Below are positions 49,376-62,157 of a stretch of 64,000 nucleotides of DNA, one piece after another; positions within the stretch are counted from its first letter, which is position 1; each line of letters begins with the position of its first letter. Origin of the DNA: Eremomyces bilateralis CBS 781.70 (lineage: Eukaryota); assembly GCA_010015585.1 (NCBI GenBank), contig ML975185.1; one strand, 5' to 3'. Both the position numbers and the translations under genes were made by a program. The notes below the pieces were generated by a model. That model was not told the origin of the DNA, did no database searches, and saw nothing but the letters and a program-made list of their open reading frames with translations.

Positions 49376-52300
49376 ATGGCGTCTGTTTGCTCTTTGGGGG
49401 TTCGCACCCCATGTGGACTGCCATATATGGTTGCGGAAGGCATACTCCCAGCTGACCCGGTACCGGAGGACTACCAATGGCTGACCTATAATGAAAATGG
49501 CCATGAAGAGCTTGGAGAAGAAGAGATTCTGCATACGGCGAACTGCGTCGTCTATTCGCGAGGAGGGTTTGTTCGCAAAGTCTTCAGTTTTGCCGTGGAG
49601 CAGCAGGAGATTCGCCAGGTCTTGCTTACTTGGTTCCCTGTGGAATTGAACGTTACGCAGAATACCCTGGAAAGATGTCCTTCCGTCCAGGAAATGAAAG
49701 AGGATGTCCCTTCGCATTCGGCCCCAGAATCTCTCCTCCAGTCTCGACCTGCGAACCAGACTTCCCAAATCGACAGTCCTCGAACGCAAGTCTCGTCTCG
49801 ATCTCGAGCATTAGTGGTACTTCTCAAGCTACAGGCACACGTCTTCTACCTTTCTGGTCCAAGCCATGTTATCAACTTGCCATTCGAGGTGGACAAGGCG
49901 TTTCCTGCACTGAGGGGCCTAATTCTTCAGCGAAGACTCCCAAGGTCTACCGAAGCGGCTACTCCACGGGTTCCCATCGTGCCTCCTAATTCTTTCTTGT
50001 CATCCTTCTCTCTCACACAACCACATTCGAGCCCAAGCTTCAGTGACAATCTGCCCCTAGGATCCGCAGCGGCACTCTTGAGCAAATTATCGAAGTCGTC
50101 CAGACAACCTACCACCGACGATCTTCCACGGCATTTCACATTGACAGATCCTCTCACAGAAGTCGGTTTGATTGTCTCATCCCCTCATGATCCCCCCGCG
50201 TATGGCTTGGCATCTTCTCTCTCCTCGACCCGCAGCAATGCGTTACAGTTCGAGACTTTGGAGAAGTCGGAGAGCATCCTGTACGTCTCGCAAGAAGATG
50301 ACCTGGGCGACATGAGCCTAGCAGGATCTACTCCGGTGACCTTGGTTGTCACTGCGAATTATGAGCGCCGATCGTTCACGATCTGGTTTGGTAGTTATGT
50401 CGAACCCCAAACCACCTCCAAATTGAACTCGAAAGACTCCCCATTAGCTTCGGGAAGTAAATCTCGGCGCCGAAGTTCCCTTGCAACCACGCCAGGCACC
50501 GTAACGCCCTCGATGAGGTCACGGGACGGGCGAGAAAGCTTTGGGGCCACGGCGAGGTATAAAGGTGCGGCAGCGTCGTTTCAGCAATCGATGAAACAAT
50601 TCAAGAATCAGAAGAACCAGAAGGGTAAGCAAAATGAGGAAGAGATTTTGGCTTCGCAATTGGATCCGGATTTCAACCCGGGCCAGCAACCGGTCAGACA
50701 GTCTCGCCGAGTGAGTTCACTCCTTTCGAGAACAGATCTCTCCACCAGTTTCGACCGATCGGCTTTCCAAGACATGGCCACAGGACACAGTACCAGCGTC
50801 TCAGGCGCCCCTACCACCGGACGGAGAGGACACTCTTTCGGAAACCATCCGGAACGAACCAGTTTCGGTGGCACCGCTCGCTTACGTGCGCGAGCCTCGA
50901 CCCCGGGCAGCTTTTCACGGCTCAGCATCGGCCCTTCTAATGAAGAAATGTCCGCCGAGACTAACATATTTGACGATAATGACTTTGATGAACCGAATGA
51001 GGAAACCAATGATCTTAGAAGGAGCGATTTTGATGTCCTCGGATCGCAAAGCCCGCTGGATGGACTGCTCAAAGAGTTTGTAATGAACAAGTGCAAAGAA
51101 GTTGCCATGGATGCTCCTGGGGAGTTTTCGTCCTGGACGAGTTCTGATATTGAGAAGGTAAGTCTAGTTGCCTGGTTATTTTGGAGTCATGCTTATGGGA
51201 ATGTCAGTTGGAGCCAAAGGTGTTCACTGAGCTCACTTCTCGACCCTCAAGCGGTTCTTCACATTGGTCTTCAAAGGTCCTCGTGCACGTTGTGTACAAA
51301 GCCCGAGAAGCGCAGCACATCGAGGTCACAATTGCTCTTTCCAGTTATGAAGCATTGCCCTCATCATCACAAGGCGCTGGGGCAAGCTACCCGCATTCGC
51401 TCCGGTTCAAAGCTACCGATTTGCGGTACTTCAAAGAAGGCATCGATGGCTCTCAGTTTCGTGATGGGAACCTTATTCAAGCAATGTCCTTGCTACATGG
51501 GGAGAGTGGTCAACAGTGTCTATCTCTGAGGTCACTCTGGACTCCCCTGCCGCCCCTCAAGTTCCCTATTGGCAAAATGCGCATTCACAGTCCATACTCG
51601 ATTGCCGACAACCCTCTTTCTTCCCCACGGAAGGAAGGTCAGCGGAGATATTTTGATTCGGTCGGGCCTATAGTTAAATTTGGCCAGCGCTCAGGGAACG
51701 GTAACATTGATTTGATCGATTCCTCCGGCAGGTGCCACCGAGTTCAGATCCGACTGCGTCTTCAAAGTGCATTCGTCTCCCGTTGCGTCGAAGTCTGCGA
51801 ATACGTCCTTCCAAAACATGCTTTTGAGTCGTTTCTTCAGATTATATGGCATCAGACTTTACTGTCCGCGGTACATCACAGCGAATGGTCTCGCTTCCTC
51901 ACCGCGCTCTTCGCAATTGTCTTAGTCTCCGATGACAGGCGAGGTGGGATTCTCTCCCGACCTAGTGGCTCGAGATCCTCAGCTCGACAGGATCTATCTA
52001 AAGCACTGACAGACAACTGGGAATCGATGATTCGGGCCGAAGGAGGGGCTGGACAACACGTCCGTCACACGAATCCCTCTTGGAGCTGGAGCGACGACGT
52101 TTCCAGAACGACCACAAGTCTCCCCAAGGTCCATAAGAAAGGTTCGCATTCGGCTCCGGACCTTTCGATCGTTTCATGCATTCAAGCCGCACGACAATTC
52201 TGGAAATCAGAGTATGGACATTCTGTTGTCAAGTCTCTGAAAGTACATAAACTTGCCATTTCCACCGTTGATGTCTCTCGCATTCTGGTGGCGCTCCATC

Positions 52301-55300
52301 TATTCCGTGAAGAGACTAAACTGGATATAATCACGGAACATAATGAGGCAGTCGTCTTCGACCTTGCGCCTGCTCTTGCTCAACTTGGGCAGTGGCTTGG
52401 GTGGGATCTGTGGAATGGATCAAGAAACGGGTTTTATGACCTTGACAGCGCTCGAGTTGGACAATGTGCCATCGAAATGACTTCGTTCCAGACCCGAATC
52501 GATCCTCACCATTCCCTACAGCATCCGCCTTCAATTTTTCAATGGCTTCAACAACCAAACGGAGATCGACGGCCTTTCTTAACTCTGGACTCGGCGATCA
52601 AACTTGAGAGGTCGAATAGGTTTCCGTTAACTTACTCCAAATCTTACACAGATAGGTTTCTCTCTCGTGTGACACCCAGAACAATCACCTTGAGGGACTA
52701 CTTTGACAAGAGCCACCAAGATTCCTCGTCCGCAGATCGGGTCACCTCGATGGTCGCGTGTGGTATAACCGCCCGCATGATGGAATCTTTCCCCGAATCT
52801 GTACGCGCTTTCCTGCAAGAAGCGGTTGTCAAATGCCGGGCCGATCCGCCTACCACGTGGAACAGCACACTTCTAAACTTCGTGGGTCGTGAGGATCTTA
52901 TTCACTTGCTCAACAGAGATACGGACTACGAGAGCCCTCCTCAACCGAGTGGCGGCCTCTCGATCCGTGAGTTTCCGAGTCGAGATTTACGCAGTGTTTG
53001 TCAGGGCGCGGATGCACAAGAAATCATGCATTCAAATCCGGAGACAGACAAGTATACAGTCTCTCGATTGATTTTCAACGAAGATCGACGCCTTGCGGAG
53101 GCAGCCAAATTGCTGGAGCCGCTTCGCGTACCAGTTGCTGAATGCCATCCTGAGCCGGCATGGACCGAGTCCGAGATTTTAGATGCTCAGAAGGGGGTCG
53201 TCCAATGGGTCATGGTTCGAACATTTTCATTGTCCCCTGGACAGGCCATGGTTGGGTTCGATAGCAAATCGCCGCTATTGACCGAGAAGTTCAATATTCA
53301 TGGTTATAACACGTCGTGCATCATGAGACCAATGAACAACACGGTGAATGCGGACCGAGCGCTGTTCACGGAGGAGAAATACGGATGGGCTTGGTTTCAT
53401 TCTGGCGTCTCGGCTGGCCTGAGCATTTCAAAGAAAGCAGAAGGGATTGACACCTCCTGGATCGTCTTTAATAAGCCAGCCGATTTGAACAATCGCCACG
53501 CGGGGCTTCTTCTCGGTTTGGGCCTAAATGGACATCTCAAGTCCATTGCGAAATGGCTGTCGTTCAAATACTTGACCCCGAAGCATACGATGACCTCAAT
53601 CGGGCTACTACTTGGCTTGTCTGCTTCCTATATTGGGACCATGGATTCACTAATCACCCGTCTCCTATCGGTTCATATCACGCGGATGCTCCCCCTCGGC
53701 GCTGCCGAGCTCAACCTTTCGCATCACACTCAGACAGCAGGCCTCATGGGCATCGGCCTATTGTACTACCAAACACAACACCGTCGAATGAGCGAGGTGA
53801 TGTTGTCTGAAATCGAGCGGATTGATCAAGAAGAAGGACCGGGCTCACCGGATGACCTTCACGACGAAAGCTACCGACTTGCCGCTGGTTTTGCATTGGG
53901 CTTCATCAATCTTGGTAAAGGACGGGATCTTCGGGGTCTCCATGACATGCGCGTCATTGAACGCCTGTTGTCTGTTGCCGTCGGTCCTCGACCAATCGAT
54001 CTGGTACATGTACTGGACCGAGCTACCGCTGCAGCCACCATCGCAATTGCTCTCATATACATGAAAACTCACAACGAGCCGATCGCCCACAAAATCGACA
54101 TCCCTGATACGATTCCCCAGTTCGATTATATTCGCCCTGACATCCTTTTGCTTCGGACTGTGGCGAAGCAGCTCATCATGTGGAATAACATCCGAGCGGA
54201 CGTTCGATGGATCAAAGCGAACCTTCCTAAGGAGCATGCGAATGACATTCTGCTCGAGTTCAGAGCTCTCAAGAGCCAGCAGATCCCATTCTACAACATT
54301 ATGGCCGGACTGCTATGGTCGATTAGCCTTCGATTCGCCGGCAGTGGGGACAGCAGCGTGCGTGATTTTCTCCTGGCGTACCTTGACCAATTCATACGCC
54401 TATGCCAGCTCCCTGCTCCACACTATGATGCCAAGCTTGCAAGAACCACGGTGCGCACTTGTCAAGACCTACTCGCCGTATCGTGCGCCACCGTGATGGC
54501 AGGGACAGGCGATCTTCATGTGTTCCGAAGGCTACGTTTGCTCCATGGGCGAGTCAGCCCCGACGTTCCATATGGTTCGCACCTCGCTATCCATATGGCC
54601 TTGGGACTTTTGTTCGTGGGTCGCGGCACGTACACGATCTCCACCTCCCCATTGTCCATTGCATCTCTCATCTGCGCATTCTATCCCATATTCCCGTCGG
54701 ATGTTACAGACAACAAGGCGCACCTCCAAGCCTTCCGTCACTTGTGGGTTCTGGCAGCTGCTCCCAGATGCCTTGTTGTCCGGGATATTGAGACAAGAAA
54801 AGCGATCCCAGTGGGAATCCGAGTCACTTTGTTAACTGGAGAAGAGCTATCAATTTCCTCGCCATGTCTTCTTCCTGATGTCGACTCGATGTCTTCTGTC
54901 CGAACGGATAGCACGGACTTCTGGCCGATCACCCTTGACTTTGCCAACAATCTCCGGCTTCGTTCGGCGTTCCGCATTACACAGACGATCTATGTTAGAA
55001 GGCGGCCAGTGGGCGCTGCCCAAGAATCCACCTTCGCCGGGGCCTTGGCTGCGCTCACTGACTTACAGAGTTCTCGCACAGTCAGGGCAATGTGGGACTG
55101 GATTTTCGAGCTTCCTAGCCTTGTGGCGCTTTGTCCCGGGTCTAGAACACTGGCCGCTTCATTAGTATTGCCACGGGATGTGGGTGGCATAGGCGATTTA
55201 GCCACCAGGGGAAACGTCCTGGATCATGTCATGGTCCTAAAAAGGATGACTGAAAGCTCAGTCGCTCGAGAATTGTGGGATATTCGAGGCGTTTTGAAAT

Positions 55301-55428
55301 GGGCAGAAATGGTGCTCGCAGATCAACAATCTGGGGGTCGGCTTGCATGGTTAGGAAAGGAAGTTATCGAGGAGATTCGAGCTCGCGTCTGGCTACGAGG
55401 CATGGCGCTTGGTGGAATTCGAGCTTGA
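49376..55428 (+). CDS. APC1: Anaphase-promoting complex subunit 1 (BimE), 2 exons
   Basis: Exon 1 49376-51157, 50-nt intron 51158-51207, exon 2 to 55428. WAWFHSGVSAGL, HAGLLLGLGLNGHL, PC repeats, HLQAFRHLWVLA. Confidence 0.95.
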
Positions 55429-55891
55429 CCATAGCCGCGCTCCGAACCAGTGTCGTTTCGGTTCAGAGCATGTATTGTGCTTCTTGTGGATACCACATGA
55501 AATATATCTCATGAGGCTCCTTTAGAAGAGTATGACTATTTTATGCATTCGCAAAGCGAACCCAAGTTTCTCCCCGTTCATTGATGTGTATGGAATTCTC
55601 TTTCTGAATATTGGAACCTCGTATTTCACGTGAAGTCCTCTCGTTCAAGGGACCAAGTCTATCGTTAGGGCATAGGATGCTGCTCCGCTCAGGGATCATC
55701 TATATACTTGCTGTACACTGACTGACATTGACACTGGTACGGACAGATGCGTACCAGTAGTCCACTGCTCTACGCTGTACAGCGTACTACTACGCTGGCG
55801 ACAACCTGTCCTCCCGCACTAGGGCGGCTTCAGTCGGAAACAACTGGCAAAACATTTCGAACCCGATATTTGATTATCTTCATAGGGGAAT

Positions 55892-57059
55892 ATGGAGAAA
55901 TTCAACCCCTCGGACCTGGCATAGACAATCACACATTGTCCACTCATCGATAACCAGGCCGACCTTATGGGGAGGGCAACGAGAAGTATCCCTTTGAACT
56001 TTCAATACGAAGCCCAAGATGCTTTCTTGAAAGACTACCAGTGTATCTTTTCCTCGTTGCAAGCGGATCACGATCGCCAATTTACAAACCCGACTACTAG
56101 TTTTCCGCCCTGGACGCAAAGTAAGCTGGACGGACTGGGATGATACGCCTGCGGCAGAGCACGCACATATGGACTTGATCCTAATAAACTGGCCAAATAT
56201 GTCACGAAGGTACGCATTGTTTACTCCTCTTTGGCAGCCTAGACAGCATCTCCGTCTGTCGCCCATATAGATGGCGTGGTCAGATCACCACAGCATCATG
56301 CGAACGCGTCTTACGCATTGAGACGGGCAGCGGAGGGAATTCTTCACGATATGCTAAGAATGTGAGTTTGGAGTGTTAAATATCATAACTCAGGAAGGTT
56401 CGGAACACTTTCTCCAGCACATTTTCCACCGAGATCAAGACTCTTCGGATGATCTATGAGTCGCCTGGTTCAAATCAACTGACTGCGATCACTCCAGTCT
56501 TGAAATGACTCTCCACGGCTCCTCAGTCGCTCCTGGGTTCTTCTATGCACTTCAGACGTGCCTCATTATCCTTCATTCCATCTATGATGGACGGAATTGA
56601 CGGAGTAGCGAGCTCATATATCCAGTCTACCGTACATAGAGCTGGTGGGCATCATGACAGCCTACTTGAACAGGGACCTTACACAGCGGCGCTGATATCT
56701 GTTAGGAAAAGGTTCATCAGGAACTGTTAACAGTGTCGAAGGCATGGAGGTATGAGCCAGGGCCATTACTTTCGCCCACGTTAGATCCCTCATTTACTCC
56801 ATGTAGTATTAGGTACCTTAGGTACCATATATGCCATCCATCATGGTCCTTTCCGCTCAGATATGGAGGTCGCAACCGCCGTTTCGCACTTGCTGTCGCA
56901 GGGGGTCGATCTACTGCCACCCTGACGTTATCGGTATTACTTTGATCGCCTTTCTCTAAGAACCTTAACTGCATGTGTCGTTAAGCACCAATATGGTCAA
57001 AATATTCTTTTCAACAAATCAAATTCATTATTCAGCTGGGACCCACCTTAGAGATCAAC
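55892..57059 (+). pseudogene. Decayed N-terminal amidohydrolase domain of FluG
   Basis: Collinear fragments in shifting frames with stops: MEKFNPSDLA*TITHCPLIDNQAD (55892), KYPFE (55984), EAQ, DWD, EGTHCLLL (56206), RVLRIE (56305), VAWFKS (~56460), NILFNKSNSLF (57001). They match the FluG N-terminal half as recalled from memory. Confidence 0.8.
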
Positions 57060-58498
57060 ATGAACCAGTTTCCACCACCGGAGGAGATAATCAGCCTGGA
57101 TATCAACGAAAAATTGAAGCACAACTTCGCTGTGAAGTTCTTCAGAGACCGGGCAACAGTGACCAGGTATGTCTACCTCATGTGGCTAGACTACATGGGG
57201 ACGATGCGGTGTCGGATCCTGCATGTACGGGACCTTCTTCATCTCATCAAAACCGGTAAACGAGTTGGAATCGCCCAAGCAATCATCGGCGTTCTGCAAG
57301 ATGACACCATCACCTCCGCTTGTTCCAGCGTGGGCCAGATCTTCCTCCATCCGGAGTTCACATCCCTACGAGCGTGCCATCCGAAAGATCGTCTTCCGTC
57401 CGCCTCCGTCCTTTGCTCCTGGTACGATGCACTCGGCGACCCTTTCGATCGCTGCCCTCGAAGCATGCTGGGAAAGAGCTTGAATGAAATGGAAGACATT
57501 TACTCGATTATCGCATGTCTTGGCTTCGAGGTGGAGGTAACCTTCCTTCGTCGGACAGGCGACGAGGATAATCCGTTCGAGCCGATTACGAAAAACCACG
57601 CCTGGTGTGCCATGAGCGGTGACCAGTGGAGCAACGCAATGCCGCTTGTAGCGGAGATTGTCTCTGCGCTCGAACTATCTGCCCTCCCAGTCCTGGAATT
57701 CCATGCAGCGCCTGGTCCTGGAAAGTACGATTTTGCCCTACGACCCAAACCCGCGCTCCAAGCGATCGATGCGCTCATACAGACCCGACAAATCATCTAT
57801 CAAATCGCCGAGTTGCATGGGATACGGGCGACGTTGCATCCAGCGCCTGTTCCCGGGGCCGCTTCCGGCGCACATGCTCATATTTCGTTAAACGGCGAGG
57901 AGAGTAGCATGCAGATGCTGGCGGATAACTTCTTTGCGGGCGTGATTGAGCATCTGGAATCGATCTGCGCCTTTTCTATGCCACAGGCTCCGAGCTACGA
58001 CAGGGTCGCCGAAGACCGTTGGACCGGGGGAGTCTGGGTAGCATGGGGTACACAGAATCGCGAGTGTCCACTGCGCAAAGTGAAGAGCAACCACTGGGAA
58101 ATGCGATGCGCGGATGGAACGGCGAACATGTACCTAGCAATAGGTGCTGTGATCGCGGCTGGCCTAGAAGGGATTGATCTTGAAAAGAGCCTAACTCATA
58201 AAGATTGTCAAGGTAATTCCCTATGCCATGCGGAAATGAACACGCGCGCTGACGCTAACACTTCTTAGAAAAGCCGCATAAGATGACTGCGGAAGAGAGG
58301 TTGGAGCATGGGATGACCAAGATGCTTCCCAAGTCTATCGAGCAGTCGCTGCAAGCACTTGAAAAGGACGAGCAGCTGCAGGCCAGAATGGGGCCTGCTA
58401 TGGTCAAGGATTACATCGTAATGAAGAGACAAGAACAGGAAAAGCTGAAGAATATGCCGAAGAACGAAGCCCATGTCTGGCTGGTTGAGAGATACTGA
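57060..58498 (+). CDS. fluG: FluG-like glutamine synthetase / gamma-glutamyl ligase domain protein, 2 exons
   Basis: LDYMGTMRCR, CPRS, GFEVEVTF, HAHIS, WGTQNRECPLR, DGTANMYLA and C-terminal WLVERY. Intron 58213-58268. Confidence 0.88.
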
Positions 58499-59120
58499 TG
58501 CTCTGGGTTTCCCATAGCAATTGGAAGAGTGGATAGCTTGTCTTCCAGCCGAAGGACTAATACCTCTGCTAGACCATGTAACCATATCCCTAATTGGGTC
58601 AGGAGATCAGAACATTCGTTAGCTCAATCAATGGTTCTTAACTTCGGTCCTCGGGAACCCAATGTCTCTGCTCTTCTTCTCGTCGAAATTGTTGTTTCAT
58701 TCCGTCATGATATTCCGGCTTCATATGCCCTTGGGGCAATTCTGCGCAAGAATGTGGATGAAGCCGAAGGATACCATCATGGTACGCAACTGCGATATCA
58801 GGAGCTAGAGCTCGATCCATCCAAACCGGGATAGTCGAATAGAGTATATAAAGGAGAAAGGCTTCACGGCTAAATTTTGTGGACGTTCATCCTCCAGCCT
58901 CAGAGCGGTTGATGAGCGTTTTAGCTCAGGGCAACATAAGTAATCTGTCCTTGGGCACCCAAGGTATTCTCCCGTCATCAGCTCTTGTGCGCTGTCATTT
59001 ATTTCCGATTCTTGTCATCGTCCAGTATTAGCACATGTCCCCCATGTAAATCCCATCAAGAAAATTCGCCGGGGTATCATTTGAATTATAACCATTGCGC
59101 CAGCATGCCAACTCCCTAAT

Positions 59121-59996
59121 TCACGCGTAGGTCCGCAAACAAGTCTCATCGTGCACCGTCTTACACTCTAACCCGCATGTCCGCCCCCCGCACCGCAAGC
59201 ACTTCACCCTTCCCCAATACCCACAGTACTCGCAGAAGAACCGCTGCGGCGGCGCACCCTGCCCCGGAGCCGCCGCCCGCGCCGCCAGATACGACAGTGG
59301 CGGCTCGGCCAACAGCGCTTCGAGATCGTCTGCGGAGGGCATTTGAGGCGCGGACACGGCGAGGAGCGGTTCCCGATCGAGGTCCGTGGCGTTGGGGCCG
59401 GGCGCCGCGGAGGGTTTGGGTGCGGACGCGGAGGACTCGGGGGCGGCAGATGATGGGGTTGGTTGGGGGGTCGAGGCGGAAGGGGGGGTGGGGGTTGGGG
59501 GGACGGAGACTTTGGCGAGCGAGGACCGCTTGCCTCTGGTGCTCGGAAGAGCAGCGCGTAGATTGGATGATGACTGCTGGAGGTTGAGAAGGGCCTCCTC
59601 GTCACTCAGATGGTTGGCGAAGGTCTTCTGCGACTGGAGGATTTTCTTGACAGCGGGCGTGGTTTTCGGTTTCGCTTGACGACCTGGGTTAGCTGGCGCT
59701 TCACGGCCGATGACGCATTGCGGGGACGCACCTCTTCTTGAGTGGACGATCGGAACGGGGATATGGACGTTCGTCGGATTGTCGCGATCGAGCTCGGCGA
59801 TCCGTCGCTGGATGGCCAGCTGCTGGCGGGAGTTGAGTACGCCGGTGGAGGCGGTCGGGACGTTCCGCGCGGCGCGTTTGCGGGCGCCGGAGGGGTTGAT
59901 GGGGACTTTGGAGGGGTCGTAGCCGGTGTCGGGGACGTAGGCCCATCCAGGGGCGGATGCGGACCCGGATGCGGGGAGGACTTCGATGCTGGGCAT
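59121..59996 (-). CDS. VPS71: SWR1 complex subunit Vps71/Swc6 (zf-HIT)
   Basis: PGWAYVPD, KTTPAVKKILQSQKTFANHL, HIT zinc finger FCEYCGYWGRVKCLRCGGRTCGLECKTVH. Probable in-frame intron 59684-59731. Confidence 0.88.
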   Translation of the reverse strand: MPSIEVLPASGSASAPGWAYVPDTGYDPSKVPINPSGARKRAARNVPTASTGVLNSRQQLAIQRRIAELDRDNPTNVHIPVPIVHSRRGASPQCVIGREAPANPGRQAKPKTTPAVKKILQSQKTFANHLSDEEALLNLQQSSSNLRAALPSTRGKRSSLAKVSVPPTPTPPSASTPQPTPSSAAPESSASAPKPSAAPGPNATDLDREPLLAVSAPQMPSADDLEALLAEPPLSYLAARAAAPGQGAPPQRFFCEYCGYWGRVKCLRCGGRTCGLECKTVHDETCLRTYA

Positions 59997-60445
59997 TTTG
60001 TCGTTGGTGTAAAAGCAGTGTTGGCAAGCAATTTGATACTACAATATGTATGATGGGAATGTGAGGGACTGGGATGGGACACGGCTGTGGAAAGATGAGA
60101 GGCAACAAGGCAACAAGGCACTCTAGTGTTTTGACGACACGTTATCACGTGATTCATGACATAGGGTCGTTCAGTCGACATGGATGAGGGAGCCGGTCGA
60201 CATATTTACAGCAACTACGTCATACATTCGTCAAAGGTCATTAAAAGCAACATGTAACTTAAGAAGAGCAATTCAATTTCCCTTACTACCGTGCCCTTCA
60301 AAATCCACCAAGTAACGCAATCCTATTCCAATCCTCATACCAGTACGGACTCCTGCCTCGCACTTCATCGGCGGAAATCGATGTCCTAACCAAGCCAGAT
60401 AGATCATCGTCCGAACCATAATACCTTTCGACATCATCCACCAAC

Positions 60446-60886
60446 ATGTTTCGATCAACCGCCATCCGCACCTCCCGGACGCAGTTCCGCTCCTTCACCA
60501 CTACGCGAGTGGCATCCAAGTCCGTTGTCGAGAATATCAAGACCGCAGCGAAGACCGTCGATCGCGCGGCCTCGGATGCCGCTGTAAAGAGCATTGAGAC
60601 AGGCGGTATGTATCCATCCCGTGTCCCCACCCTGCGTAGATGTTCGTCGGCAACTCGGAGGACCATGGGCTAACGGTCGGTTTTCTTGCATGCAGAGAAG
60701 GTTGCCGGTGCCGTTAAAGGCACAGTGGGCGTCAATACGGGAGAAGCCAAGGGCAAGGCCGAGGAGCTGAAGGGTGAGGCGAAGGGGAAGATGAATGAGG
60801 CGACTGGCAAAGCGAAGGGCACTGCGGAGGAGGCGGCTAGCAAAGCTAAGGGTGGTGCGGAGCAGGCGAAAAGGAAGATGAGCTGA
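60446..60886 (+). CDS. Small LEA-like protein with probable mitochondrial presequence, 2 exons
   Basis: MFRSTAIRTSRTQFRSFTTTR presequence, intron 60606-60695, then 11-mer-like repeats GEAKGKAEELK / GEAKGKMNEAT / GKAKGTAEEAA. Confidence 0.85.
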
Positions 60887-61068
60887 TAGCCTCGGAAAGA
60901 CGAGACAGGGCGTGACGGTGTAGAGATATGGGTTCCATCAGCATTGCTTGCATTTTCCAATTGGCTTGATATTCGGTGGCTTTCCATCCTGTACATTACC
61001 GATATGAAGTCCTTCTCTGGCCCTCGTGGGGCTCAGTAAACGAAGATTGGGTTTGCATCCTCGTGGTT

Positions 61069-62157
61069 TTACAAGGCATCCTTCGGCGGCAGTTGTAGAA
61101 CATACTCCCTCTCGCTCTCGCCAAATCTCACCAAATCCCCATCCCGCAATTCCACATACTTCGCGGCCCCGATCTTCTCCTCATTCAGCGACGTCCCATT
61201 CCGGCTCTCCAAATCCATCAAATACGGCTTGACCCGCCCCTCCATCTTTTCGAAGCCTAGTTCGTCCATCTTTTTCCGTTGGACGTAACGGAACTGCAGG
61301 ACCGCGTGCTGGCCGCTATTGCTCGGATGCTCCAGGAAGATGTCGGCCACTTTTTGCTCCCGTCCGAACAGCCAGCACGTGCGCTCCCCCAAGGGGATCG
61401 TGTCGAGGAGGTCGGCGCCTTTGAAGACGTACATTCGCCACGGCGCCGATGCCGGTGGTTTTCGGGCGTTTGGCGGCTCGTGGTACTTCAGAGTAATGTT
61501 GGTGCCTGCCACGGTATTCGATTCCTTCGCCAGCAAGCCGGTGTTGGCGAAATTGGGCTTCTCCTTCTCAACCGGTGGGGCCACATCTGTACTTGTTTCG
61601 CCCTGGAATGCAGCGACTTGGTCCGGGAGCGGCTTGCGGGATCGAGGGGGAGGTGAAGGGGACCGTGAGGAAGAAGGAGAGCGTCGACGACGTTTCTGAT
61701 GGGGCGATCGAGAACGGGAATGTGGGTGACGCTGGGAGCGATGATGGCCTCGATCCCTGCCCACATCTACTCGGTTCCGGCGACGCGTGTTATGGCTATC
61801 TCTATCTTGTATTTCCCGGCTTCGCGAGCGGTCTCGACCGCCGCGTCTTTCTTTCTCCCGACGACGTGGCGGTGACTCCACCCGACGGCGAGGCCTGCGT
61901 TCAGCCCTATCGCTTATGTGACCGCTACCGCTGCTCCGAGATCGTCGTGCATGCTTCTCGGATTTATGGACCCAATCGTGATGCCGGCCGTATCCATCCG
62001 CGTCAGCAGAGGCGTGTCCCCGCGGTCGATCGTCGCGGTGGCGCCGCGTCTGACTTCGACTCCGCCTTCGACCATTTTTCTGACTTGTATCTCGGTACTC
62101 GACTCGGGATCGGTCGGAGAGCTCGGCTGAGGTCGCTGCTCGTCGGTCGCCTAGCAT
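61069..62157 (-). CDS. SNIP1: FHA-domain protein SNIP1/Pml1 (RES complex)
   Basis: RS-rich N-terminus, EKPNFANTGLLAKESN, LKYHEPPNARKP, FHA core (FGRE, HPSNSGQHAVLQFR, DLESRNGT). An acceptor-like site near 62187 suggests a further upstream exon. Confidence 0.9.
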   Translation of the reverse strand: MLGDRRAATSAELSDRSRVEYRDTSQKNGRRRSRSQTRRHRDDRPRGHASADADGYGRHHDWVHKSEKHARRSRSSGSGHISDRAERRPRRRVESPPRRREKERRGGRDRSRSREIQDRDSHNTRRRNRVDVGRDRGHHRSQRHPHSRSRSPHQKRRRRSPSSSRSPSPPPRSRKPLPDQVAAFQGETSTDVAPPVEKEKPNFANTGLLAKESNTVAGTNITLKYHEPPNARKPPASAPWRMYVFKGADLLDTIPLGERTCWLFGREQKVADIFLEHPSNSGQHAVLQFRYVQRKKMDELGFEKMEGRVKPYLMDLESRNGTSLNEEKIGAAKYVELRDGDLVRFGESEREYVLQLPPKDAL

